Part shown: in pieces, positions 20,841-31,106 of the stretch
Numbering within the stretch: position 1 is the first letter of the stretch
How the letters are laid out: every line of letters begins with the position of its first letter
DNA from: Methylacidimicrobium fagopyrum
GTDB lineage: Bacteria > Verrucomicrobiota > Verrucomicrobiia > Limisphaerales > UBA11358
DNA length: 64,000 bases
Reading direction: 5' to 3'
NCBI GenBank assembly: GCA_026225255.1
Contig: JAMFSJ010000061.1
Coordinates: forward strand, 798-64,797
The notes under the pieces: model-generated
What the model was told of the DNA's origin: nothing
What the model saw: the letters and a program-made list of their open reading frames with translations, nothing else
Database searches by the model: none
Translations under genes and position numbers: made by a program

Positions 20841-22937
20841 TCAGGGGGAAATCAGGCGAAAAAAAACCGCGACGCTGCCGGGATTGATGGTTTGAAGGAC
20901 TTGATTAGTGAGCGCGGAACCGGTGACGGAAATCCAATTCGCCTCCGAACCGACGGCCAAAAAATTGGTCTGAGATTGGAGCCACCAGCCACGATATTGA
21001 CTGGGCCAGGTCAGGACTAGACGGTTGCCGCCCGGCGGCAGCCAGCAACCAAGATCGGGCGATGGCAGCGTGGCCGCCACGATCTGGAGACCATTGACCG
21101 GCGCTCGTAAGACGCCATCACCGCCACCAACGCCCTGACAATTCAGCGTGAACCTGCTTGTGGTTAGATTGGTGAACACGATGTAATTCCCCGCCGAGTT
21201 GTTGGCCGGGATAAACGTTCCGCTAAAAGTGCCGCTATCCACTGACTGTATGCTGGTAGAACCGACGGTGTAACTTCCCGTGCGGCCACTGGTGGCATCG
21301 CCATCCGAGTAAACATAAACGTCATAGCCAGCATTGGTAAAGGCGGCGGGAATATTTGAAACGACAACGGAAACGGTGCTGCCATCCAGATATCCTTTCA
21401 TCATCCGATAATTTCCAGCTGTATCGGCAATGCCCGTCGACCACGTATTCGCACTGCTCCAACTTACGGTAGTATCCGAAGCCTCCCCGGCGTTGTAGAC
21501 TAGATGCGGTAACGCGCCGACGGCGCCAATGGCATTATTCCATTCACTGGCTGGCACTACCCCGGCCACCTCGCTGCAATCCATTAAAATGTTAGTCATC
21601 CCCGTGGTGCCGCCCGTAAAGCTGATACTGATCGCATTTCCCACGGACGGCCCGGCTGGCACAACGTTCACCGGACAGGAATTGTCCGAGGTGCCGGCAG
21701 CATTGGCGGCCTGAACTTCATAATAATAAGTTGTCCCGGCGGTGATGCTCATATCCGTATAAGTTGGAAATGAAGCGGATGTGGCCACGCTGCCGATAAC
21801 TGTATAAGGACCGTTATTAGTCAGGGACCGCAATATGTTATAATCGTCAACTTGCGGCACAGCTTTCCATTTGAGCACCACCTGTGTCTGGCAACTCCAC
21901 CGACCGTTGGCTGATACGTTTGTTGGCGTCATCGGGATTGTCGAGGTGCCCCAATGAATCCAGCGTTCGATCATATCACGCGACCGCCCGGGCTGGGTGC
22001 CAGGAAAACGCTCATAAACCAGCAATGCATCTTGGCCGCAGCTTTCGCCCGTGTCGCCGATGATTTGGACATAGCCCAGAGATACATTTGTCGTCGTGGT
22101 GGTCAGCAAGGTTGTTTCCGGCGCCCAGTTAATCCCATCGACGCTGGTCGTATAAAAAATATCCGTTCCTACTCCCCATTTTTGATAAACCATCGCCCAC
22201 TGGTTAAGATACGAATTCCAGGCGACGGATTGGACAGATATGTTGTTATTCAAGCCGGGCAATCCGGTCAACGAACCGGAACCGGGCATCGGGGTGCTGA
22301 AACTGCCACTGTTATACCCATACCAAGTTCCCGGCGCGGCGGCGTCATTGGTCGAAACAAAACCGTAAGTTCCACCCCACGCCATCCAGCGCGAGTGCGC
22401 AGCATCCCAGGCAATCGAGTTGGCACCGATACCACCAAAGCCGGCGCATTCATTTGGGCTGCCGAGAATTTGCCCCTGCTTTGTCCAAGTCATGCCATCG
22501 TCCGTTGAGATAGCCAAACCGGTGCTATTCCATTCCGTGTAAGGATTGGTGCAGCTATGATCTTCCGCATGATAAAATCCATAAAGCGTTCCCTTATGGC
22601 GGATCGCCGCCTGCATCCAAGTCCCGCCATTGTCAAAGGCACCCGCGGTAGCGCTTAAAACGGAAGTTGCCGGGTTAATGGAATTCATAGTGTCCAAGCT
22701 CTGGCCTTCGCTCCGGTAATTTGCCCCATCTACCCAAAAAGTAATATTAGCGGTGCCATTGGAATTTGCCAGGTAAGGAAAGCGGGAATCACTGGCGTAA
22801 TAAAATACTGGATTGGCCGGGATAGGCACAATCGTCTCGGGGCCCAGAGTAATGTCCGCCAGTGCCCGATCCGTTGTTATTACGGCGATTGCCACCAGCG
22901 CAAAAAACCGGACCGAATCTGATTTGAACGTCCTCAT
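20841..22937 (-). CDS. Secreted beta-propeller glycosidase-like protein with FN3 and C-terminal FFRL domain
   Basis: Signal peptide, YGFYHAE, STDDGMTW Asp-box, TYYYEVQA (FN3). Confidence 0.7.
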   Translation of the reverse strand: MRTFKSDSVRFFALVAIAVITTDRALADITLGPETIVPIPANPVFYYASDSRFPYLANSNGTANITFWVDGANYRSEGQSLDTMNSINPATSVLSATAGAFDNGGTWMQAAIRHKGTLYGFYHAEDHSCTNPYTEWNSTGLAISTDDGMTWTKQGQILGSPNECAGFGGIGANSIAWDAAHSRWMAWGGTYGFVSTNDAAAPGTWYGYNSGSFSTPMPGSGSLTGLPGLNNNISVQSVAWNSYLNQWAMVYQKWGVGTDIFYTTSVDGINWAPETTLLTTTTTNVSLGYVQIIGDTGESCGQDALLVYERFPGTQPGRSRDMIERWIHWGTSTIPMTPTNVSANGRWSCQTQVVLKWKAVPQVDDYNILRSLTNNGPYTVIGSVATSASFPTYTDMSITAGTTYYYEVQAANAAGTSDNSCPVNVVPAGPSVGNAISISFTGGTTGMTNILMDCSEVAGVVPASEWNNAIGAVGALPHLVYNAGEASDTTVSWSSANTWSTGIADTAGNYRMMKGYLDGSTVSVVVSNIPAAFTNAGYDVYVYSDGDATSGRTGSYTVGSTSIQSVDSGTFSGTFIPANNSAGNYIVFTNLTTSRFTLNCQGVGGGDGVLRAPVNGLQIVAATLPSPDLGCWLPPGGNRLVLTWPSQYRGWWLQSQTNFLAVGSEANWISVTGSALTNQVLQTINPGSVAVFFRLISP

Positions 22938-23010
22938 TTATGATTTTAATACTTTTTGGTAAATGGTGCCGACCAAACTTGCCACCGGCTCAGGTCCTAA
23001 AATGACAGGG

Positions 23011-23865
23011 TTACGGACTGACCGCCCAAGGGTTTGCATTCGGCGTAAAACCGACATGCCAGACCACATTCTTGATGTTTTGTAGCTTCCAGAGCGAAGC
23101 ATGCCCGTCGGCAAAACTCATATTGATCGCCGCCTTAATGGCTTGCGGCGGCACGGCGGTGGCCTTTAGAAGCGGATGCCGGGAAAGACTCAGGCGTTCC
23201 AATCCGGAAGCAGAACCGGGCGTGGGCGATCCGTTCCATAAGTCGCGATATAATTGGTCGCTGATCATCGGCCACCCGTCCGGCCAGGTTGAATCATAAA
23301 AAGCTGGTGTATCGGTGGGCCGCCCGATGGCTCCGTCTTTTTGGAAAAAATGATCCTTGAAGGCACTCAGGCCAAAGGTGTTTTCATCGGCATTGTTTGG
23401 ATCATAAAAATATAGCCAGCCATTGATGCTATAGCTGCCAACGTTCAAGGTGGGATCCGAGTTGCCGCCAAAATTCCAGGCCCGTTGAACACCGGGCAAC
23501 GTGGCGGTAGTATCACTGGCCAGCGGACATAGCCGGATCGCGGCGACTTGGGATTGATACTGGATTAATGTCTTCATCCATAGGGCGGAGGAAGAACTGT
23601 AGTTGACCATCAACCCATTATTATCCTGGGAATACATGATATAGGCCAAATCCAACTGTTTCAGATTATTGACGCACTTAATGGCCATCGCTTTTTGTTT
23701 GGCCGCAGACAATGCCGGCAGAAGCATCGCCGCCAAAATGGCAATGATCGCGATCACCACTAGTAATTCGATCAACGTAAATGCCCGTGGGGCGGACGAC
23801 TCAAACCCTGGTGTCTTTCGACCATCAGCCCAATTCTTTTTGCCGATAATTATTCTCATATTCAT
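23011..23865 (-). CDS. Prepilin-type N-terminal cleavage/methylation protein with H-X9-DG-like C-terminus
   Basis: [29 protein letters not shown]...C.NNLKQ...NMSFADGHA. Confidence 0.9.
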   Translation of the reverse strand: MNMRIIIGKKNWADGRKTPGFESSAPRAFTLIELLVVIAIIAILAAMLLPALSAAKQKAMAIKCVNNLKQLDLAYIMYSQDNNGLMVNYSSSSALWMKTLIQYQSQVAAIRLCPLASDTTATLPGVQRAWNFGGNSDPTLNVGSYSINGWLYFYDPNNADENTFGLSAFKDHFFQKDGAIGRPTDTPAFYDSTWPDGWPMISDQLYRDLWNGSPTPGSASGLERLSLSRHPLLKATAVPPQAIKAAINMSFADGHASLWKLQNIKNVVWHVGFTPNANPWAVSP

Positions 23866-23936
23866 GGATTGGCCGACGTTAATTATTCTGCGGACGAACC
23901 ATCAAACTTTTTATTTTAGAAGGTTTCGGGTCCATT

Positions 23937-25892
23937 TTATGGCTGTTGAGTCCGGTAAAATTTATGCGGACCCACCGGGGTGATGGTGAAGGGCGAGACC
24001 GCATATATATTTGTAGTCCAAGGCCCAGTGACATCCGTCGCCTCCAACAGCACCCCGTCCCACCACGTCAGCTTCAATTGTCGGCCAGCCGGATTGATGT
24101 TGAGCGTAGGAGTTGATTGCAGCACGGTAAGGTTGAAATCATCAAAGGCGGCATAGGAATTGGCCGCCCCGTTATTGAGAAAAGAAACGGCGATAAATTT
24201 CCCTGCATCCGCCACCGTGGCCGTGTAGGTCAGCGTATATTGAAAATAATCGGCCCCGTTACCCGAGTAATACAAGGGATCGCTGCCGGTGGCCAACACG
24301 GTCAGATTCGTGTAGGCATCGGCCGGGTTCGTCGCAGACAATAATTGAACTTGCTGGGCACCGGCGAGATATGTGCTTTTCGCCCACCAAGTCAAGGTGA
24401 GCTGATCACCCGCTTGCACGGGGTAACCGGTGACTTGATAAGCCCCGTCATCTCCCGTATGCAGATAGGCCGCCACCCGGCCGCTGACCACGGTCAATCC
24501 GTTGTCGCCGGCAATATCCACGCCCGAGTCGCCATAATTTGTTCCCGTATTATTCCAACCGGCCACCACGTTTCCCAGCACGTCAAAACCTTGGAAGACC
24601 TTGGCCGCAAACACCGCGCCCGCCGTATTGGTTTCAAATCCGGGATTGATCAGCAAGTTGCCAAAATAAACTGGATTCACCGTCACGTTGGCGGCCGAGG
24701 TGACGGCGCGGCCCAGAATATTTGTTGCAACTAGCTGATAGTTTCCGATCTGAGGATTGACCAATGTCAGTGTCAGGTTTGTGGCGAAAGGAATATTCGT
24801 GAACACGCCGCCTTGACCGGCATCGGTCTGCCATTGAAAGCTGATTGGGAGCGTGCCAGTGAATGTGGCGGAAAAACTGACCTGACTGCCGGCATTGATA
24901 TTAGTGCTCCCCGGCGTGATGTCCCCAGTTAGAGCCGGCATGGCTGCCGGCATGACGAGCAGTGCAACCGGAGCGCTCGTCACCGAGCCGCCGGCATTGG
25001 AAGCGACCAACTGACAATCCAAGGTGTAACTGGCTCCACCCGGATTAATGTCAGGCGGAGTAATGGAGGCGGTCAAGGCGACAGCGCCCGGAATATTTCC
25101 CCAAGTGCCGGCTAATCCGCCGCTGAGACCGCTATTCGTCTGCCATTGATACGTGGTGCCGATCCCCGTGCCGGAATCAGTATTGGTCAAGCTGACTAGA
25201 GAAAGCGCATAACAAGGATTCGGCGAGGCAACCGCATTGCCGAGGATGGGCAGATTTTGATTGGGCTGCACCGTGAGGCTGAAATCATCGAAAGCGGCAT
25301 ACTTGTTGCCGCCCGAGAACGCACAAAAGAAAACTGCCACATATTTGCCGGCATCCGCAGCGCTCGCGACATAATTCAAAGTGTATTTAGTATAAGCCCC
25401 TCCATTACCAGTGTTGTTCAACGGCGCGGTGGAAGTCGCCAGCACTGGTAAATTGGCGAGGGCGTCCGTTCTATTGGTCGCGCCCAGCAATTCCACTTTT
25501 TGATCCGCGTTACCCGAGGGGCCATAGGTGCATTTTGCCCACCAGGTCAAGGTGAGTTGGTCTCCGGCCTGAATCTGATATCCCGTGATCTGATAGGCTC
25601 CAGGATTGCCGCCAATGCTCCAAGCACAGACTGACCCGCTATGCGACGTCAAACCGTTATCGCCATTATAATCCACTCCGCTGCTGTTATTACCCGTGCC
25701 CGCATTGGTCCAGCCGGCAACATCATTTCCCGGCACATCGAAGCCCGCGCTGACTTTGACGGCAAATACAGTTCCATCAATATTGGTTTCAAAACCGGGA
25801 TTGATCAGCGGGACGATGGTTTGCGCCAGAGCCGGACCTGACACCAGGGCCAGCCAGCAGCAGGAGAGGACTAACTTCAATTTTAATTTCAT
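23937..25892 (-). CDS. Secreted protein with two CBM-like repeats around Ig-like domains
   Basis: LINPGFETN...AAFDDF domain occurs twice; Ig motifs YQWQ and FQWQ; C-terminal KFYR. Confidence 0.75.
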   Translation of the reverse strand: MKLKLKLVLSCCWLALVSGPALAQTIVPLINPGFETNIDGTVFAVKVSAGFDVPGNDVAGWTNAGTGNNSSGVDYNGDNGLTSHSGSVCAWSIGGNPGAYQITGYQIQAGDQLTLTWWAKCTYGPSGNADQKVELLGATNRTDALANLPVLATSTAPLNNTGNGGAYTKYTLNYVASAADAGKYVAVFFCAFSGGNKYAAFDDFSLTVQPNQNLPILGNAVASPNPCYALSLVSLTNTDSGTGIGTTYQWQTNSGLSGGLAGTWGNIPGAVALTASITPPDINPGGASYTLDCQLVASNAGGSVTSAPVALLVMPAAMPALTGDITPGSTNINAGSQVSFSATFTGTLPISFQWQTDAGQGGVFTNIPFATNLTLTLVNPQIGNYQLVATNILGRAVTSAANVTVNPVYFGNLLINPGFETNTAGAVFAAKVFQGFDVLGNVVAGWNNTGTNYGDSGVDIAGDNGLTVVSGRVAAYLHTGDDGAYQVTGYPVQAGDQLTLTWWAKSTYLAGAQQVQLLSATNPADAYTNLTVLATGSDPLYYSGNGADYFQYTLTYTATVADAGKFIAVSFLNNGAANSYAAFDDFNLTVLQSTPTLNINPAGRQLKLTWWDGVLLEATDVTGPWTTNIYAVSPFTITPVGPHKFYRTQQP

Positions 25893-26021
25893 GATTTTAT
25901 GATTTGGATTCGCTTTGATTTCAGCAAAGGGCACGACGATCAATTCAATTATAAACCCATGGATTCGAATGATGCCCGGTGCTGGTGGTGATGATTGACT
26001 CTAGTTTAAACCAACTGGCTC

Positions 26022-26063
26022 GTCATTAAACTCCTGCGTCAATCGATTGGACTTTTGCGTCAG
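26022..26063 (-). promoter_or_regulatory. Putative AraC/XylR operator, copy 1
   Basis: GTCATT-N7-TGCGTCAAtcgATTGGACTTTTGCGTCAG, nearly identical to 29484-29525. Confidence 0.65.
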
Positions 26064-26163
26064 AGACCAAAATCGTTTTCAAGCCACATCAGCTGACGCC
26101 GGTCTTGCCTTCGCCGATCAAAACGATTCGGCTCGGCAATTTTTTTTGAGTCCGGAGCAATCT

Positions 26164-29100
26164 TCACTTTCCAGTTTTATTCCGCAGATCCATCAGATCC
26201 TGTTCCTTGCTGGTAAGCTGTTGCGTTAGGTGTTCAACCTCGGCTTTTAAATATTTCACATCGGACGTTTGCCCATCATTGTCCTGCTGAATGGTGATGG
26301 TATCACCGGTCGACGGCGTCTTCGAAGCCGTGGCATAAGACAAATCAAAATCAAGCGGCAACGCGGCTGCTACCGAAGAGACATACGCCTCACCGGAGGC
26401 AAGTCCTTTGACATAGGCTTTCACATGAATGATCCCGGGCGTTGATCGGGCGCGCAACAAAGCGGTCGCAACGCCAAATTCCGTCTTCATGGGATTGCCC
26501 TGATTGGCCGTGCCACCAATGATTTCCCCGGGACCTTCCACCTCAAAATAAACGTATTCTGAAGCGAGCACTTTGGGCACACCTTTGTTATCCACAATCG
26601 TGGCGCGGATGGGAACGAAATCAGCCCCGTCGGCCGTCAGGCCGGCGCCGGCATCATCCACCGTCACTTGGACGGCCGCAGTTCGCTCTGGATATTTTTT
26701 AACAACCCGTATCACCACTTTTCCGCCAATCAATCCCTCGGCGACCATCTCAATTTTTCCGGTGCGGTCGCGCCAGTGTGATTTAATGATGCCAAAATCG
26801 AACACATTCGTGAACGTGAACGGCGGATGCGGCAGGGCATGATAACCGGCGTCCGGTTTCTGCGTGCCCACCACCTTGCCCAGCCACGTCAGGCGGACTT
26901 CTTCGCAATTGCCGTAGATGACCACGTTGGGATCGGACACCTGCGTCAATTCGTGGGTGATATAAAGCATCGGACCGGTCTCGATCCCGGCCAGTTTGAA
27001 ATCCGGATCATACTGGCTTTTGAAAAGGTAATAGCTGTAACGCGGCAGGCGAAATTCATCCAGCAGGCCGCCCCAAAACGGATCTGGATGATAGCCGCGT
27101 TGATGATCAATACCGCACCACAAGGCCGAACCTAGGCGGATCCGGGGACCGGCAAAAACGCCGTCAAGGTCACGCGCCCGGATTGCCGCCTGTTTGAGCA
27201 AAGGACCTTCGCCCCATTCGCGTTTGACGCGAGTGGTGGCGTTATGGGAAAAGAAATTGTCCACCTCTCCGCCATCGCCATATTCGCGCATGAACGAATT
27301 ATTAGTTCCGTCCAAAGCGCCATAGTAATAGAAATCAAGGCCTCCTTTTTTCGCCTCGTCCACATCCGCCACCGTGAACAGTCCGGGAAAAGGAAACTCC
27401 TCGTGCGCGATCCGGTGCATCTCATGAAGCATGCGCCCCGGCTGGTTGGGCGTTTCATTGAGCGCCGTTTCCCATAACAGCATGGCCGGATGATTGCGGT
27501 CGCGCCGCACCAGATTGCGGGTGTCGGCGTAAATACGTTGCTCGAAAACCGCGTCCTTACCGTTAAAAAATTGCCAGCCGGGATTGGCGGTCGTGACTAG
27601 CATGCCGAGCTCATCACACGCGTCATAGAATGCGGGGTCTTGCGGATAATGCGCTGCTCGGATCATATTTACCCCGCCTTCACGCAGCAGCTTCACATCG
27701 CGCCACTGCCCGGAATTCGGGAGCGCATTGCCAACATAAGCGTAGTCTTGATGATGGTTGACGCCATTCAGTTTCACGCCGATATATTTTTTGTTTACAT
27801 ACAATCCAGCCTGCCCTCGCATCTCAAAAAAGCGGATGCCGATCCGGGTTCGCAAACTGTCGCAGACCTTGTTGTCCTCAATGACTTCGGTGCGGATAAA
27901 ATACAGATAAGGGTCGTTCGGAAACCAAAGTCGGACATTCTTTGGCTCAAGCGGCTGCACGATTTCTTGGCTGGATCCAGCGGTAAGTTCCACCGGCTTT
28001 TCCTGCCGCATCACCTCATGACCGTCCGTCGTCTCCAAAATGGTGCGCAGGGTGATTGTGTGCCGAGCGCCGGAATCATTGACGATTTCTGTCCTCACCT
28101 CGAGCGAGGCATCGTTGCCGTTGACATTCTTTATTCCGACAAACACACCACCACCGGCGACCGTGCGGCTCAACTCCGGCAAAGTCACATGGACGGGCGC
28201 GGTCTGGATCAAATACACATCGCGATAGATGCCTCCCAGATAAGTGAAATCAAGATCGCCCTGCGGCTTGCCGGGCGGATAAGTCGGATCATCTGAGTTG
28301 TCCGCCCGCACGGCGATGAGGTTATCCCGCCCATCCGCGTTCAAGGCTGAACTGATCTCGGCGGCAAACGGCAGGTAACCGCCAAAATGTTCCGCAACTT
28401 GTTTGCCGTTCACCCAGACGGTGCACTTACCCATCACGGCTTCAAAATAAACGAATACTTTTTGATCTGCCGACGGCGCGGCGGTTTGAAAACGTTTGCG
28501 ATACCAAGCTGGTCCCTGATAGTTCCGGCCACCGCTGGCATTCTCGCCGAGGATTTCCAAACTGTGCGGCAAATTAGCGGCCTCCCATAAAGTATCGTCA
28601 AAACTGGGGTTTTCAGCACCCGCGGCGTCCGCCTTAAGAAACCGCCAACCAGGATTAAAATTCGCAACCGAGCGCGAGCTGTTCGGGATCGAAAAGAACC
28701 CGGCCGTGGAAAACTGTGGCACCGGTTTGGCGGGAATGACATCATCTATCGCTGCATTGGCCCAATCTGCATGATCGCCTTGAACACCATCGCCGCCATC
28801 TGTGACCACTAGTCGTAATTCTTTAATGCCGGAGATATCGAGCGAAACATGTTTGGCTGGTTGGCCAAATTTCATAATACCGCTGTCGTATGCTTTGTGG
28901 TCGTCGAGCCATACCTGAAATTCCACGGAACCAGCCGCACCGCCCTGATCGTCCACCCCAACATCAGCGGAGAAGAATTTATTTTGTCCGTTCAATTTGA
29001 AGACCATCTCTCCCGGGGCATGCGTGCCAAATCCTTTTTCATAACGTCGACCGGCAATGCTAATCGGTTGCCCGCTGATACTCGCGTCGTTACGAGTTTC

Positions 29101-29286
29101 CCGCCACCCTTGCGTGATCGAGGCGGCCATGTCGGTCTTAAGGTAGCGCAATACCAACGGATTGACGGAGGACACCGCTCCGACGGCGTTTCCAGCTAAT
29201 GTCAAGGCCATGATCCACGCGAGAATAAAAACTGCATTGCGATGAAGGCTTGCCCCGACATTAAAAAATGAAAGAAAGGATTTCAT
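26164..29286 (-). CDS. GH2 beta-galactosidase-like enzyme with N-terminal NPCBM/CBM51
   Basis: KGFGTHA...DHADWA (NPCBM); WYRKRF, GGIYRDV, GVNHHQD, IRAAHYP, LNE. Confidence 0.9.
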   Translation of the reverse strand: MKSFLSFFNVGASLHRNAVFILAWIMALTLAGNAVGAVSSVNPLVLRYLKTDMAASITQGWRETRNDASISGQPISIAGRRYEKGFGTHAPGEMVFKLNGQNKFFSADVGVDDQGGAAGSVEFQVWLDDHKAYDSGIMKFGQPAKHVSLDISGIKELRLVVTDGGDGVQGDHADWANAAIDDVIPAKPVPQFSTAGFFSIPNSSRSVANFNPGWRFLKADAAGAENPSFDDTLWEAANLPHSLEILGENASGGRNYQGPAWYRKRFQTAAPSADQKVFVYFEAVMGKCTVWVNGKQVAEHFGGYLPFAAEISSALNADGRDNLIAVRADNSDDPTYPPGKPQGDLDFTYLGGIYRDVYLIQTAPVHVTLPELSRTVAGGGVFVGIKNVNGNDASLEVRTEIVNDSGARHTITLRTILETTDGHEVMRQEKPVELTAGSSQEIVQPLEPKNVRLWFPNDPYLYFIRTEVIEDNKVCDSLRTRIGIRFFEMRGQAGLYVNKKYIGVKLNGVNHHQDYAYVGNALPNSGQWRDVKLLREGGVNMIRAAHYPQDPAFYDACDELGMLVTTANPGWQFFNGKDAVFEQRIYADTRNLVRRDRNHPAMLLWETALNETPNQPGRMLHEMHRIAHEEFPFPGLFTVADVDEAKKGGLDFYYYGALDGTNNSFMREYGDGGEVDNFFSHNATTRVKREWGEGPLLKQAAIRARDLDGVFAGPRIRLGSALWCGIDHQRGYHPDPFWGGLLDEFRLPRYSYYLFKSQYDPDFKLAGIETGPMLYITHELTQVSDPNVVIYGNCEEVRLTWLGKVVGTQKPDAGYHALPHPPFTFTNVFDFGIIKSHWRDRTGKIEMVAEGLIGGKVVIRVVKKYPERTAAVQVTVDDAGAGLTADGADFVPIRATIVDNKGVPKVLASEYVYFEVEGPGEIIGGTANQGNPMKTEFGVATALLRARSTPGIIHVKAYVKGLASGEAYVSSVAAALPLDFDLSYATASKTPSTGDTITIQQDNDGQTSDVKYLKAEVEHLTQQLTSKEQDLMDLRNKTGK

Positions 29287-29483
29287 TGTGTGGATAAATT
29301 CAAATCGATAATTAAAATATTATTAAAATATTGTCAGTCTTGCTGTGAAATGTGCCCCAATGCAAACCCTCGTGTCGAACCTTTGAAAACATCCGTTTTT
29401 AAAAACTCGGGACCGCTCAAAAAGGCGGAAAATTAATTTCATCATTGTGGTAAGGAGAAAATTTATTCAAATCCGGGTTCACG

Positions 29484-29525
29484 GTCATTGAAGCTTTGCG
29501 TCAACCTATTGGACTTTTGCGTCAG
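29484..29525 (-). promoter_or_regulatory. Putative AraC/XylR operator, copy 2
   Basis: GTCATT-N7-TGCGTCAAcctATTGGACTTTTGCGTCAG upstream of the GH2 gene. Confidence 0.65.
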
Positions 29526-29781
29526 CGGAGAAAAGCAAACCACATTGCTGGCTTCAAGTTTCGTCACGCCAACGGTAACTTCTAACCGCTAAATTATTGC
29601 TTTGTCTTGAGCCTGACTGATCCGACGAGATCGAATGCGGTTGTTTCTGCTATTATTAATTCCAAAACTTGTGACCCAATCAAATCGATCAACTTTTCGC
29701 CGGCTCCTCTGAGTGAGGGGACTTCGCCGATTCAAGCCAGTTGATGTGTTAGTCTGAGCCGACCATGAAAGGGCCAGACGA

Positions 29782-30022
29782 ATGAAAGGGAAAAGGAATA
29801 CAACGGATGAGATTTACAGGTCTTACGGGCAGCGGATTGCGGAGGAAGAGCGTGGTAGACATCTGCCGGGAAGAGAACATTTCCGAGGTGAGTTTTCACC
29901 GATGGAAGCAGCCGTTTGGGCAGCTGGAGGTCAATGAAGCGCGCCGACCGAAGGAGCTGGAGCGAGAGAGCAGCGGCTCAAGAAGATGCTGGTGAAGGAG
30001 ATGCTGAAGAACCGCGTATTAT
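29782..30022 (+). pseudogene. IS3-family transposase OrfA remnant
   Basis: MKGKR...DICREENISEVSFHRWK..FG.LEVNEARR.KELERE...LKKML, with frameshifts. Confidence 0.8.
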
Positions 30023-30034
30023 CCTAACCGAGAA

Positions 30035-30530
30035 AAAATTCCCGAAAACTGGCGTCCATTGTCCGGCCATCGGCCGAATCAATTCGACCGTCAGCACGCA
30101 TGGCTTCCACCGTGACCAACTCGCCCTTGGTCACACTTTGACCGGCGGACATCCACCGGTTGGCCTTGAGTTGAAGTCATCCGTCTTGCGCCAGTGCAAT
30201 CGTCAGCGGGCGGCAAATGTTGACGTGGTCAAGTTGGCACCATGGCACCAGTAGCGCCTCGTCGCCGACTTCGACCAGCACGCCGTGTTTGACGATGCCG
30301 GATAATTTCCCCTGCGTGCCGGAGGCAAAACCGCGCAGCGGCTGATTGAACACCACTATTTGTTCGGAAGAAAAAATCGTTCATCCCACTTTTGCGCTTA
30401 CGTAAGGTCAACCTTTTCCAAGACCTTGATCTGATGTTCATCGGCGGCAACGAGCCTTTTCGTCTTCAATTTGTAGCGCACTCGTTCATTTACTCGATGC
30501 ACTTCCGCCCAAGTTTGCGAGACGATTCAC
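30035..30530 (-). pseudogene. MobF/TrwC-type relaxase-helicase fragment
   Basis: Manual translation gives VSQTWAEVHRVNERVR...LEKVDLT*AQK.DERF...VFNQ...LQLKANR...GELVTV...DGRI...DGR.MDASFREF, with stops and a frameshift. Confidence 0.65.
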
Positions 30531-30588
30531 GATCAGAAAAGTCTGCGCTTGGCTTTGCGGCATTACTTTGTTCCCTTGTTGCAAAATT

Positions 30589-31098
30589 ATGAGTGAAGAA
30601 ATTTTCGATATCGTCAACGAACGTGACGAGGTGATTGGGCAGGCCCCACGCAAGGAAGTTCACGCGCGCGAATTATGGCATCGCGCCATTCACGTTTTGG
30701 TTTTCAACGCCCGCGGCGAAGTTTTTTTGCAGAAACGTTCCATGACCAAAGATACCGCGAAGGGCAAATGGGATTCGTCGTCGTCCGGCCACCTGGACAC
30801 GGGCGAAGATTATGACGCCTGCGCGTTGCGCGAAGTGCGCGAAGAGATCGGCCTGCACCTGCCGCAACCACCGGCGCGAGTTTTCAAGTTGGAGGCGCGC
30901 CCCGAAACCGGCTGGGAATTTTGCTGGATTTACCGTTGCGAAAACGAAGGGCCGTTCGTGCTGCACCCGGATGAAATTGAAACCGGCGCCTGGTTTGCGC
31001 CGGACGCCGTCACTAAATGGGTGGATGAAAAACCGCAAGATTTCGCGAGCGCGTTTGTGTTGATCTGGAAATTGCTGGCCACCAATGGACGCAGTTAA
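30589..31098 (+). CDS. NUDIX hydrolase (IDI/YfcD-like)
   Basis: HRAIHVLVFN, LQKRS, GHLDTGEDYDACALREVREEIG. Confidence 0.9.
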   Translation: MSEEIFDIVNERDEVIGQAPRKEVHARELWHRAIHVLVFNARGEVFLQKRSMTKDTAKGKWDSSSSGHLDTGEDYDACALREVREEIGLHLPQPPARVFKLEARPETGWEFCWIYRCENEGPFVLHPDEIETGAWFAPDAVTKWVDEKPQDFASAFVLIWKLLATNGRS

Positions 31099-31106
31099 AT
31101 CATCGC

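Larger units (their letters stand above)
12664..30530. mobile_element. Decayed genomic island at tRNA-His carrying a glycan-utilisation locus
   Basis: Begins at the tRNA 3' end, ends in IS3 and relaxase relics, and its codon style differs from core genes. No integrase or attR seen. Confidence 0.55.
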
